From Leucoraja ocellata (Eukaryota): a stretch of 64,000 bases of DNA. The stretch is from the NCBI GenBank assembly GCA_036785375.1, contig JAWMAR010001270.1, positions 1 to 64,000 of the forward strand, read 5' to 3'. The notes beneath the pieces are model-generated. The model searched no databases. It saw only the letters and a list, made by a program, of their open reading frames with translations, and had not been told where the DNA came from. Every line of letters starts with the position of its first letter. Positions within the stretch are counted from its first letter, which is position 1. Position numbers and translations under genes: made by a program. Positions 50,476 to 63,872 of this stretch are shown one piece after another.

Positions 50476-50495
50476 ATCGTGCTAGAAACGGCTGA
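50476..50495 (+). CDS. Gene C terminal coding exon (DRARNG*)
   Basis: Strong acceptor ttgtttctttaacag|, TGA at 50493-50495. Confidence 0.55.
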
Positions 50496-51154
50496 CTGAA
50501 TCTAAGCGTATTATACTGAAAATTGCACTATTTACTCAAAACCGGACCACCGTCTCAGTCTTAAAAGCTGCATTTGGCCGAGTAATTCCAGCTTTGTTCA
50601 GGGAGACGAGTCCTGATTTTACAAAGATCTGAATAAAATTATGCATCCTGGTGTTGTTGTTGAAAGACCAGACCCCAATTCCGAATTGATGTCCAGCTCC
50701 TCTGTATCCTTCATCAGAAAGAAAATCGCTTCCATCTGCCATAGAGAGCCTCTTTACACTGCGCGAGAGGCGGGCTCCACCTTGTGGCTTCAGCGAAGTA
50801 CTACAGACTTTGTCAATCCGTTCTGCAATTTAGCATCATGTCCTTCTTCCATCTGGGCGGTGCCTCCAGCTCCTGAATATTGCGCTCTCCCATCATTCCA
50901 TAACCTCAGCATGCCTGAGGCTGATGAGTTAAGTCACCATGACTCCGATGTCTGCAACCCGCCAGCCTGATAACCACAAATGTTGAATCCAAATTAATTA
51001 GTGCAGAATATTTCACAAAGGAAGCAAAGGTTATAAACTTAATCCACTGCTCAAAACATATATTGGACAAGTTATTTCCGGACAAATCGTTGTCAATTAA
51101 TTTTTTTATTAATATGCGAAATTAGATCTGATATAAAGATACTGGTAACTATTA

Positions 51155-51535
51155 GAAACATAGAAACATAGAAAATAGGTGCAGGAGTAGGCCATTCGGC
51201 CCTTCCAGCCTGCACTGCCATTCAATATGATCATGACTGATCATCCAACTCAGTATCCTGTACCTGCCTTCTCTCCATACCCCCTGATCCCTTTAGCCAC
51301 AAGGGCCGCATCTAACTCCCTCTTAAATATACCCAATGAAGTGGCCTCAAATACCTTCTGTGCCAGAGAATTCCAGAGATTCACCACTCTGTGTGAAAAA
51401 TGTTTTTCTCATCTCGGTCCTAAGAGATTTCCCCCTTATCCTTAAACTGTGATCTCTTGTTCTGGACTTCCCCAACATCGGGAACAATCTTCCTGCATCT
51501 AGCTTGTCCAACCTCTTAAGAATTTTGTAATCTAT
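51155..51535 (-). mobile_element. CR1 3' fragment
   Basis: (CATAGAAA)n tail; KLDAGRLFPMLGKSRTR. Confidence 0.9.
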
Positions 51536-51664
51536 TAGTTTGCATCCATTTGAATTTGTATATTTTTTCAGTCCCTTTCTTCCAGAAAGATATATAAATG
51601 CAAAACTGGCATAAACTTCAAATGTGGCATGAAATAAACTACGAGAGTGGAAAAGTAAACTGTC

Positions 51665-52280
51665 TATATATAACCATATAACCATATAACAATTACAGCA
51701 CAGAAACAGGCCATCTCGACCCTTCTAGTCCGGGCTGAACACGTATTCTCCCCTAGTCCCATATACCTGCGCTCAGACCATAACCCTCCATTCCTTTCCC
51801 ATACATATAACTATCCAATTTATTTTTAAATTATAAAAACGAACCTGCCTCCACCACCTTCACTGGAAGCTCATTCCACACAGCCACCACTCTCTGAGTA
51901 AAGAAGTTCCCCCTCATGTTACCCCTAAACTTCTGTCCCTTAATTCTCAAGTCATGTCCCCTTGTTTGAATCTTCCCTGCTCTCAGTGGGAAAAGCTCAT
52001 CCACGTCAACTCTGTCTATCCCTCTCATCATTTTAAAGACCTCTATCAAGTCCCCCCCTTAACTTTCTGCGCTCCAAAGAATAAAGCCCTAACTTGTTCA
52101 ACCTTTCTCTGTAACTTAGTTGCTGAAACCTAGGCAACATTCTAGTAAATCTCCTCTGTACTCTCTCTATTTTGTTGACATCCTTCCTATAATTAGGCGA
52201 CCAAAATTGTACACCATATTCCAGAATTGGCCTCACCGATGCCTTGTATAATTTTAACATTACATCTCAACTTCTATACT
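51665..52280 (-). mobile_element. CR1 3' fragment ((ATATGGTT)n subfamily)
   Basis: LEYGVQFWSPNYRKD; tail ataaccat repeats. Confidence 0.9.
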
Positions 52281-53509
52281 CTATTATCTTGAGGGGAAAG
52301 AGTTATGCCTTGAATTTTTTTTAAAGTTCAAAGGGTGTAATCTATTATTCACTGGTGTTTATTAGATCTAATTTTATGCCAGATTTAACTCATTCTAAAT
52401 TTTAAATTTCTTCCACAAAATGATATCGGCAAGAAATTAATTCTTAGAATATAGTTTTGAGCAATTAATCGATTTTATAGAAATCGAGCCTTTATTAAAT
52501 ATGCTCTATCAGTTTGTCTGAATTTATGACAATGATGTAACAGATAAGTTGTAACTTAACCATGTTATGCATTGGCATCACTTTTGTAATAGAACCCCTT
52601 GATGTAGACCTTTTCAACTGCAAATTAAATGAAATTGGATGGAAATTGAAAGCATAAACGAGCCATAATCAAATGCAACAAAATGTTTGTAGTTCTCAAT
52701 GTCAGATTTGTTTAAATCTAAAGGTAAATGAAGTAAAATTCAGGAATGAAATACACTTACAAGAATGACCATTTAATAGCTAATTAGTTTTTGATTTAGA
52801 TAGGTATGAGGCGGTACTTTTTTAAAGAATACATAAATTGCTCAGGCAATTTGAAATGACTCTCCTCCTGACAGCCCATCCACAATCTAAGAGCATGCCG
52901 AAGCTTAACCTACTTGCCTGGATAAATCAAACTCCAAAAACATTGAAGAAGTTCAACACCATCCTTGATCAGCTTCCCATCTACCAACCTAATCTGCACC
53001 ATGGCATCAGGGTCTGGCAACCATCCTAACTTAAAAATATGCTGTTTTTCATCATCAGGTTTACTTCTAAATCTAAGTGCTTCCTTCCCAATTGCATGGG
53101 GGAGTTCATTCACATGAAGGAATGCAGTAATTCAAGCCTGTGGATAATGTCCATCTTCTCAGGGCAACGGGGGACGGACAATAAATGCTGGATTCGTTGA
53201 TGTTGCCCACATTCCTGGAAAGATAAACACCAAATAATACCCAGTTATTGGATGAGTAAGGTGTTTGGGAGCATTAATACATAAATCTATGAATAGAGAT
53301 TAACGGGGCCATATAAAAAGAACATTGCACCATTCATTTTTACTCAGACTGAATTGAAAAGCAGAAAAGAATAAGGCAAGTGGATTGAACTGGAGTATAG
53401 TGTACAAAATGAGGCAATTCTTATCCAGAAATAAAACATTGATTTGGGCTTGTCTGTATGGATAAACAATGTAATTGAGTGGCCTAATAGAAGTTTTAAG
53501 GTTTGACAG

Positions 53510-55950
53510 AGTAGACGTTTACCCTATCTATTCCCTTCATGATCATATATCTGTATAAGATCACTCCTCATTCTCCTGCGCTCCAAGGAATAAAGTCCTA
53601 ACCTGCTCAACCTCCCCCATCTACTTCTGGCAACATCCTCGTAAATCGTCTCTGCATCAATAACATTCCCTACAATAGGATGACGAAAACTGAAGACAAT
53701 ATTCCAAATGTGGCCTCACTAATGTCTTGAGCAACTGCAACCTAACTAAGCAACTGTAACTGAGGAATTATTTAACTACCGTGTAAAATTGGTAGGTCAT
53801 CTTCCATGATTCCCCTTTCAAATGAAAGATCACCACTCCTCGATAGGAAATAGCTGAAGGAATTGCAATATATTTCCATCAACATGGTCCACTGCAGCTA
53901 TGATGCAACAGTAATGGAGACTATTTATTTTATGTTGGTGAATCGGTACCAATGAGAAGGGTTTCTTTATCCTGAATAATGTTGTGCTTCTTGAGTATTT
54001 TTTAGAGCTAAATGTATCCATGTAAGTAATAAATATGCTCCACCGAGTGTCATGAACAAGAACATGGAAGGAAAAACATTAAATGCAGATAGGTTTTGCC
54101 TGGAAGACAGTGGGAGCATAAAGCACTGAAACATGTGAGTAAGCATGTGCTGTTTATGTGCGCCTTTGGTGTACAATGTACAGTTCTGATCACCACACCA
54201 CAGAAAAATATTGATTGATTAGTAGGACTAGATGTTACAATCCCTAATATTTCACTACAATTGACATTCTTGGGTATGACCACTAGGTGAATTTGCTAAC
54301 AATCAGACACATCTTCAGTTCTGTACCTCAACGTCACTAGCCATAGAGAGTTTGCAGAAGAGTTTCACCAGGATCAGGTCTAGAATGGTAAGCTGTAGTT
54401 AGAAGAAGAAATTGTGTTGACTGGATTATTCTCACTGAAGTGTACGAGACTGAGCGTGAACACATCAAGATTTATAAATTGATCAGAAGCATAAATAGGA
54501 CAATAGTCAGTCATTTTCCTTCACCGGGAGAGTCTGGAATTAAATAGCATTGTTTAAGCTGACACAGGATAAATTGAAAGGAGAAATGAGAGACAGTTTT
54601 ATTTCCACACAGAAGGCTATGGTTGTGTGGAATTAATTGCCAAGGCAGTCAGAAATGTAGCTTTCCACCACTACCACTGTCTACTTTCACCATGGCAATT
54701 TTAGATGCAATTAGCCAACGATGTAAGGTGTGTCCAGTATGTCTTAATCTTCTGAACCAACCTACGATGTGAAACCATGTCAAACGTCAAATAACATGCC
54801 TACAATCCCGCCTTGATGAATCTGTTTAGTACTTGCCTCATAAAGTTCAATCAAATTAGTGAGGCAGGATTTACCCCCGCACAAAGATGTACTGACTATC
54901 CCTAATAAATACCTGAATTATCAAATTTACATAAATCATATCTCTTAAGACCTTCCTCATTAATTTCCCTCATTAATGAAGTAAGGCACAACAGTTGTAA
55001 TTACTTGGCATATCTTTGGTGCTCTTCTTAAGTGAAAGAATAGTAGTTATCCTTCCCTGTTTTGGCATGTCACCTTTGAAGAATGAAGGTACTGAAACCT
55101 CTGCCTGGGCCACAGGTATCTCCTGCCTTGCCATCTTTCCTTTCACCTTAATTGGAACTTGCTGGATCTGAAGTCTGGTTAATTGTTCCTTAAAAGACTT
55201 CCACTTGTCAGTTTTACCTACAAGCATCTGTGCCCAGTCTACATTCATCAATTTCTAGTTACGTTATTGAAACAAGCCTTTCTCGAATTTAAGGAACAAC
55301 CTGATCCCTTTACATAAATAACTTGAACGTTTCTGAATTTTCACTGTTCAAAAAGTCTCGCTAAACCAACATTTCCTCCACCTACCCAGTGCTTTCCTGA
55401 TAATGTCGAGCATCATACTGACTCATATCTGACAGGACCAATAATATATTGGCTCTCAAAATGTGTGGTACAAACTTAACAAATTTCTCTCCATCTAAAC
55501 CCGTGACAATCAGGACAATCCAGTTAAGATTGAGCATATAAAAATGCCCACTATAACAAACTTTGGCAGCTTGCTTACATACCTGTTCCAGTCATTTTTC
55601 CTGACTACTGGGAAGTCTATCTTATAACTTTGGCAAAGTGATCGTTCCTCTCTTTTTCCCAAATTCGATCCATAAGGCCTCATTGGATGAACCCTCCAGG
55701 ATACCCTTCCAAAGGGCTAATTATTTTCTGCCTAACAGGCAATGCAAACATACCCCCCTGCTCTTCTGCAGCACTCTTTCTCACACCTGAAGGTTGTATA
55801 ACTTGGAACATTAAGTTGCCAGTCTTGTCCTTCCCTCTTCCCTCAACTATGTGATTGCAGTAAAGTCATCATTCCAAGTTCTGACACATGCTCTAATGTC
55901 AACTGACTTGCCAGTGAGACACCTTGCATTAAAGTAAATGCTGTTGGGCC
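53510..55950. mobile_element. Several old CR1 fragments in both orientations
   Basis: Degenerate CR1 ORF2 segments at ~53520-53760 (-), ~54350-54650 (+) and ~54760-55950 (-). Confidence 0.6.
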
Positions 55951-56704
55951 TGCTAAGCCTCCTCGGCTTGCGAACCTGCCACCCTCTACTCTGCCCTTGG
56001 GACTTGCTTGATTTGTCCTGCACAAATTTCACCCCAGTTGTTGCACTGGTTCCATGCTTCCACCGACCTTCTCCCTTCCCAAGGTCGTTTAAACACTTCT
56101 AAGTAGCTTGAATAATCCTCTCTTCTCTGATCTTCGTTCCCTTCCAGTTTAGATCAATCAATGTTTCCTATAAAGATCCCACGCATGAATCCTGAGATAG
56201 GACTCATGAAGTAATTTTTTTAAAACATTTGTGGAACTGCCTAAACTCACTTTGCAAGACCTTTATCTTCCCGTAAAGCACGTTCTGTGTATTTTCTTGA
56301 AATGGTTTGAAGATGTTGTGTCAATGAAAGTTGGTGTTTTCTGGGAAAACATCGCAGTAAAACGTATGCGTTTAAATAAATGTGTGTATGTGTGTATCTA
56401 AATCTGTGCATGCGTGCGTGCTTGTCAGCTTTCTTTTCAATTTATTCTCGTCCATTGTAAATGTCTTTTTTTGCTTCTTGTTCCATTGCGATTGGAAAGG
56501 GTACGTCCTCTGGAAGGAAATTTTTAAAAAGACTAACAGTGCTGGAGTAACTCTGTGGATCAGGCAGCATCGCTGATGTGTAGGTGACGTTTCGAGTCGA
56601 GACCTTTCTTCAAACTTTAGCTTTCTGTATGTAATTCGCTGTAGCCAGAGTATGCACATTTGCAACTTCTCTATAAAAAGATGATATAGCCAATGAACCC
56701 GATA

Positions 56705-56815
56705 AATACATTCATAGCTCGAACTAAGAGTAAATAACCCATAAGAATAATGCACCTTGAATCTGCTGGTGACATCATGGAAACTCGTTGTGGTCAAAGT
56801 GTACGATGATCTGAA
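56705..56815 (+). promoter_or_regulatory. Putative conserved upstream regulatory element of gene D
   Basis: gaatctgctggtgacatcatggaaactcgttgtggtc is homologous to 20131-20166. Confidence 0.4.
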
Positions 56816-57454
56816 GTTGCAAACTGCTTGCGGTATCCAATTTGACGCTGAAGTGGAAGAAGTCTAATTTGAGTAATTTATTTGAGACCCTGTTTCTGAT
56901 ACCAAAATATTTGCTCTGCGAGTTTTATGTTTGGTAATTGCGCGCCGTGTACATTCTGGAAAAAAGAAATACGAAACAATTATCTTGATATCAATTCAAA
57001 ACAAGTTTTAAAGTTGCCAATCTTTCTATTGCAACGTAGAAGGACAAACCACTTATTGTTTCATTGGCAATCATTATAAAATTGATAATTGGATAAATAT
57101 CCTGACATTCCCCTGTATTATCGGTTACGACAAGAGAGGGGCATTTCGAAACACTGAAGTAATTTCAGCTGAAAACAAATCTGAAATAATTTGTCGGTTA
57201 ATATGCTTGCAAGAAGAGATGAGCCGCTTAACAAAGAAAACAACTAGTGAAACACGAGGGAACACGTGTTTTAAATCTACTTTTGGTCCCAGAGCACTTT
57301 ATTGTCATCGAACATGTTGTCATTACTGTAAACAGTAGAGGGTTGAATTAACAAGTTTACAAAGCTTCGCATCCAGATAGGGTAATAAAACGAAATGGAA
57401 AAAAAGCCAAATCTACATCTTCCCCTAAATAAGACAAGACGTAAAAAAAAGGGA

Positions 57455-60400
57455 AGAGGTCCTAAAGGGAGGATTTTAGGGAGCTGGGAGGAGAGTTAAG
57501 GAAAAGGACCAAAAAGGTAACAATCTCAGGATTACTGCCTGTGCCACGCGACAGTGAGAGTAGGAATGGAGCGAGGTGGAGGATAAATGCATGGCTGAAA
57601 CACTGGTGCACAGGGCAGGGATTCAAGTTTCTGGATCATTGGGACTTCTTTTGGGGAAGGTGGGACCTGTACAGAAAGGATGGGTTTCACTTGAACCCGA
57701 GGGGGACCAATATCCTGGCGGGGAAATTTGCAAAGGCTACTGGGGAGACTTTAAACTAGAATGGTTGGGGCGAGGGACTCAAATAGAGAAAGCTAGTAGA
57801 CAGAATGGGAGGCAGGAAGCAGAAAAGAGAAGCACTCGGACACAAGAGGAGAAATAAAAAAAAAGAAATAACCAGAGAATAAGAGACGGGGGGTTTCTTA
57901 AATGTGCATATTTTAATGCTAGGAGCATTGTAAGAAAGGTGGATGAGCTTAGAGTCTGGATAGACACATGGAAGTATGATGTTGTGGCGATCAGTGAAAC
58001 ATGGTTGCAGGAGGGCTGTGATTGGAAACTAAATATTCCAGGATTTCGTTGCTTCAGGTGTGATAGAATTGGAGGGGCAAGAGGTGGAGGTGTTGCATTG
58101 CTAGTCAGGGAAGATATTACAGCAGTGCTTTGGCAGGATAGATTGGAGGGCTCATCTAGGGAGGCTATTTGGGTGTAACTGAGAAGTGGGAAAGGTGTAG
58201 CAACACTTATAGGGGTGTATTATAGACCACCAAATGGGGAACGAGAATTGGAAGAGCAAATATGTAAGGAGATAGCAGATATTAGTAGTAAGCACAAGGT
58301 AGTGATTGTGGGAGATTTCAACTTTCCACACATAGACTGGGAAACACATTCTGTAAATGGGCTGGATGGTTTGGAGTTTGTAAAATGTGTGCAGGATAGT
58401 TTTTTGCAGCAATACATAGAGGTACCTACTAGAGGAGGGGCAGTGCTGGACCTCCTGTTAGGAAATGAGACGGGACAGATGGCGGAGGTATGCGTTGGGG
58501 AGCACTTCGGGTCCAGTGATCACAATACCATTAGTTTCAATATCATTATGGAGAGGGTCAGAACTGGACCTAGGGTTGAGATTTTGGATTGGAGAAAGGC
58601 TAACTTTGATGAGATGCGAGGATTTAAAAGGAGTGAACTGGGACATTTTGTTTTATGGGAAAGATGTAGAAGAGAAATGGAGGACATTTAAAGGGGAAAT
58701 TTTAAGAGTACAGAATCTTTATGTTCCTGTTCGGTTGAAAGGAAACAGTAAAAATTGGAAAGAACCCTGGTTTTCAAGGGAAATTGGACATCTTGTTCGG
58801 AAAAAGAGGGAGATCTACAATAATTATAGGCAGCATGAAGTAAATGAGGTGCTTGAGGAGTATAAGGAATGTAAAAAGAATCTTAAGAAAGAAATTTGAA
58901 AAGCTAGAAGAAGATATGAGGTTGCTTTGGCAAGTAAGGTGAAAGTAAATCCAAAGAGTTTCTACAGCTATATTAATAGCAAAAGGATAACGAGGGATAG
59001 AATTGGTCCATTGGAGAGACAGAGTGGACAGCTATCTGCAGAGCCAACAGAGATGGGGGAGATATTGAACAATTTTTTTTCTTCGGTATTCACCAAGGAG
59101 AAGGATATTGAATTATGTGAGGTAAGGGAAACTAGTAGAGTAGCTATGGATACTACGAGGTTCAAAGTAAAAGAAGTACTGACACTTTTGAAAAATATAA
59201 AAGTGGATAAGTCTCCAGGTCCTGACAGGATATTCCCTAGGACATTGAGGGAAGTTAGTGTAGAAATAGCCGGGGTTATGACAGAAATAGTTCAAATGTC
59301 ATTAGAAACGGGAATAGTCCCCGAGGATTGGCGTACTGCGCATGTTGTTCCATTGTTTAAAAAGGGTTCTAAGAGTAAACCTAGCAATTATAGACCTGTT
59401 AGTTTGACTTCAGTGGTGGGCAAATTAATGGAAAAGATACTTAGAGATAATATATATAAGCATCTGGATAAACAGGGTCTGATTAGGAACAGTCAACATG
59501 GATTTGTGCCTGGAAGGTCATGTTTGACTAATTTTCTTGAATTTTTTGAAGAGGTTACTAGGGAAATTGACGAGGGTAAAGCAGTGGATGTTGTCTATAT
59601 GGACTTTAGTAAGGCCTTTGACAAGGTTCCTCATGGAAGGTTGGTTAAGAAGGTTCAACTGTTGGGTATAAATGCAGGAATAGCAAGATGCATTCAACAG
59701 TGGCTGAATGGGAGAAGCCAGAGGGTAATGGTGGATGGCTGTTTATCGGGTTGGAGGCAGGTGACTAGTGGGGTGCCTCAGGGATCTGTGTTGGGTCCTT
59801 TGTTGTTTGTCATGTACATCAATGATCTGGATGAAGGTGTGGTAAATTGGATTAGTACGTATGCAGATGATACCAAGATAGGGGGTGTTGTGGATAATGA
59901 AGAGGATTTCCAAAGTCTACAGAGTGAATTAGGCCATTTGGAAAAAGGGGCTGAAAGATGGCAGATGGAGTTTAATGATGATAAATGTGAGGTGCTACAC
60001 CTTGGCAGGGCAAATCAAAATAGGACGTACATGGTAAATGGTAGGGAATTGAAGAATACAGTTGAACAGAGGGATCTGGGAATAACCGTGCATAGTTTCT
60101 TGAAGGTGGAATCTCATATAGATAGGGTGGTAAAGAAAGCTTTTGGTATGCTAGCCTTTATAAATCAGAGCATTGAGTATAGAAGCTGGGATGTAATGTT
60201 AAAATTGTACAAGGCATTGGTGAGAAAATCTGGAGTATGGTGTACAATTTTGGTCGCCCAATTATAGGAAGGATGTCAACAAAATAGAGAGAGTACAGAG
60301 GAGATTTTCTAGAATGTTGCCTGGGTTTCAACAACTAAGTTACAGAGATAGGTTGAATAAATTAGGTCTTTATTCGCTGGAGCGCAGAAGGTTAAGGGGG

Positions 60401-60785
60401 GACTTGATAGAGGTCTTTAAAATGATGAGAGGGATAGACAGAGTTGATGTGGCAAGCTTTTCCCTTTGAGAATAGGGAAGATTCAAACAAGAGGACATGA
60501 CTTCAGAATTAAGGGACAGAAGTTTAGGGGTAACATGAGGAGGAACTTCTTTACTCAGAGAGTGGTAGCGGTGTGGAATGAGCTTCCAGTGGAAGTGGTG
60601 GAGGCAGGTTCGTTGGTATCATTTAAAAATAAATTGGATAGGCATATGGATGAGAAGGGAATGGAGGGTTATGGTATGAGTGCAGGCAGGTGGGACTAAG
60701 GGAAAAAAAGTTGTTCGGCACGGACTTGTAGGGCCGAGATGGCCTGTTTCCGTGCTGTAATTGTTATATGGTTATATGGTTATTT
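57455..60785 (+). mobile_element. Nearly full-length CR1 LINE: ORF1 C-terminus (SGNH-esterase-like) and complete but disrupted ORF2 (APE + RT)
   Basis: DGFHLN motif in ORF1. ISETWL, GDFNFP and SDH in the endonuclease. YMDFSKAFDKV, GVPQGS and YADD in RT. (ATATGGTT)n tail. Confidence 0.95.
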
Positions 60786-62480
60786 GACCTCCCAAAGTGC
60801 ACCACACTTGCACACTCATTCTGCCATTTCTCCGTCCATTTCTGCAACTGATTATAATCCCTCATATAACTTGACTGCCAACCTCTTTTCCACAAGTTTC
60901 CCAATTTTGGTATTATTTGATAACTACTAACCAACCCATTTATTTGCAAATCATTTTTATATATTGCTGATGACAGAGGTCCCAGTGCAGATCCCCGAGA
61001 AACTTTATTGGTCACAGACATCCAGCTAAAATAACTCACTTCCATCACAGCACTCAGTCTGCTCTGAGTAAGTCAGTTCTGAATTCCAACAACCACATCA
61101 CCTTGGATTCCAAACACTTTCATCTTTTGGATTACCTACCATGAGGGATTCAATCAAATGTCTAGCCAAAAATAAACTAAGACAGCATTCACTGCCCCAC
61201 CCAGATCAATCACCTTCATCTCCTGCTCAAAAACACCAATCAGGGTCATAATACATGGCCTTCTATGTACAAAGCCACGCTGACTGTCTTTAATTAGCCC
61301 ATTTTCTTCCAAACACAAATAGAGCCTCTCCCAAATAATCCACTCCAATAGCTGATCTATCCCTGATGTGAGGCCCAGTCCTATAATTTCCTTGATCATC
61401 TCTAGTTTCCTTCTTAAACAAAGGAACAATATTGGCTGTTCTTCAGTCCTCTGGAGTGTTGCCCTTCAGCTAAAGAAATTATTAAGTGTAGGAAGGAACT
61501 GCAGATGCTGATTTACACCAAAGAAAAACACAAAATGTTGGAGTAACTCAGCAGGTCAGGCAGCAACCCTAGATAGAAGGAATGGATGACATTTCAGGTT
61601 GAGACCCTTCTGCAAACTGAGAGTCAGTGGAGAGGGAGACACAAAGATATGGAAGGGTAGGGTGTGAAAACAAGATATCAAAGGGGACGGAGTACAACAA
61701 AAATGTACAATAGATCATCCAGACCTCCAGCCTGAATATTGTTCTTCCACCACTACCCACTGCCTTCTATTAGTAAGCCATTTATGAATCCATACAATCA
61801 AATCATTGTTAATCCTCTGTCAAAACACAAGATCCTGATCTTTTGGATCAGCCTACATCAAATGCATCCCTAAAATCTATGTAGATGCCATCTGCCATTC
61901 TACTGTCATGGATCACCTTTGCTCCTTCTTCAAAAAATCTGGAGCATTAATAAAAACATGACCTGTCATGTACAAAGCCATGCTGACTGTCTAAATGAAA
62001 CCATTCTCTTCCAAATGGAAGTAAATCCTATCCAAATGAATCATATCCAATAGCCTCCCTATTATTGACGTGTGGTGCACCAGGCCCATATTAGTTAAAT
62101 TCCCTCTATTTCCCTTTTTAAACAATGGAACAACATTAGCTACTCTGCAGTCCTCCAGATCATTGCATTTAGCCAGAAAAAATGCTAAAATCTTTGTCAA
62201 GGTTCTTGCAATTTCCGCTCTTGCCTCTCTCAAGAAATATATCGCATTAGGCCCTGTGGATTTATCCACGTTAATGTTTTTTTAAAAACCCCTGTATCTT
62301 AATCCAAAATCTGTCCTTGAATATTAATATTCTCAACACTGAACTCACCGTCTTCCATGCCCTTCTCCTCAGTCAATACAGATGCAATGTATCTGTTTAG
62401 TACTTTGCCTCAACCCGTCTCCATGCACAACATTGAGTGACCCCTCCCCTATCTTCGTTACCCTCTTGTTTTAATGTAGG
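60786..62480 (-). mobile_element. Old CR1 RT fragments interrupted by hammerhead-like short repeats
   Basis: Minus-strand remnants RVANVVPLFKKG and LIKDSQRGFV. Confidence 0.7.
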
Positions 62481-63305
62481 TATTTTTTTTAAGGGATTGT
62501 ATGTAATCCGACTCCCCAAAACCATTTTGTGGCAGCTTTTATACTGGAGTCACTCAGCAGGACAGGCAGCATCTCTGGAGACAAGGAATGGGTGACGTTT
62601 CGGGACCCTTCTTCAAGCGTCTGGTGGCAACTTTTGGTCCTTCTAATCGTCCATTTCAGTTCATCCTTCCTTGCTTTATATTCCAATTAAAATCAGGCTG
62701 TGTTGAAGCGAAAGAAATAAAGAAAGAAATATCTGGGTTAGTTACTCCTGTTGTTTTTCCAGTGGGCTTCAAGCCCCGGGACATGGAACATAAGAGAGAT
62801 TAGAAAGACATCAAACCCGAAGTGCGGTGACGAAATAAATTCATAAACTCATAAATCAAAGCAGAATTAGACCATTCAGCCCATCGAGTCTTCTCCGCCA
62901 TTCTATCATGACTGATTAACCCTTCGCTCTCAACCACATTCTCCTTCCTTCCCCCGGTAATTTTTTTTTTAAGTTCATATTAGATTGTAAGTCCCTTACG
63001 TCGAATGAGGAAAATCTGCGATTCTCTTCTGAATGGTCAGTCAATCATTTGAACATGGATCCAGGGAAGTCTGAGAGAGAATTGTACCCCGATAGAAACT
63101 GTTCACTTGGCAGTGGGGGCGGACCCTCGCTCATACTAGCACTCCACCAACACCGAACCAAATGTGAAACCCACTTTACCGTCATGTGACATCCTATGTC
63201 ATGGTCACAAGCGGAAAATATTTATTCACCAGCAACTCTTTCTTGCAAGGATCTTTTAGGAAACTTCTCTCATTTGCAACAAACGGCCAACAACTTTCTT
63301 ATAAT

Positions 63306-63360
63306 ATGACAGTGGAAGCATCATTTCGGTACATGGCCCTTCTGGTGACAGTTTGGCAAG
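63306..63360 (+). CDS. Gene D exon 1: signal peptide (MTVEASFRYMALLVTVWQ)
   Basis: 55 nt, donor G|GTACTT. Paralogous to the A/C leader. Confidence 0.8.
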
Positions 63361-63566
63361 GTACTTTTAGATATATGTGCCGGTCCATCATATTCAATTC
63401 TGTTTTAGAATACTCCATTTAGTTGCCCACTGTGAATTTAGTTACAGTGCTTCTCCAGCTCGCTTGTCGCTAATTCTAATTTACTGTTGTAATTTTCAAC
63501 TCTTGATTCATTTTCCTTGTCCAGTTTGTGCAACTGTTTTCAGTGTTTTTCCTTAATTTCTGGCAG

Positions 63567-63872
63567 CCAACGAAGTAACTTCGACCAAAGTGGACCAATT
63601 CCCGAAAGAGCTGACAGTCCACAGAGGAGGCAATGCGTCCATGTTCTGCACGTTCTCAATACAACAAGTTACTCTTGATGTTTCTTGGTGGAGATGGGGA
63701 GAGAAGACATTTATAGAACCAGACAGCAGAAAAATAATTTCTACCAAAAAGGGCAGTGGGGATTTTGTTCTCCTGAATGCAAATGTAGCGGACTCCGGGG
63801 TTTATTATTGTAAAGTGAAACATCAGCAGCAATCTATCGGAGATGGAGCTGGCTCCAGGCTGACTGTAATTG
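63567..63872 (+). CDS. Gene D exon 2: VJ-type Ig V domain (rest of the gene lies beyond the window)
   Basis: Acceptor tttctggcag|, donor G|GTAAGT, 306 nt. DSGVYYCKVKHQQQSIGDGAGSRLTV. Confidence 0.92.

Noticed and set aside
57455-60785. Active or domesticated reverse transcriptase gene
   Set aside because: Ordinary CR1 LINE with several stops and frameshifts in ORF2. The same holds for the other RT ORFs.
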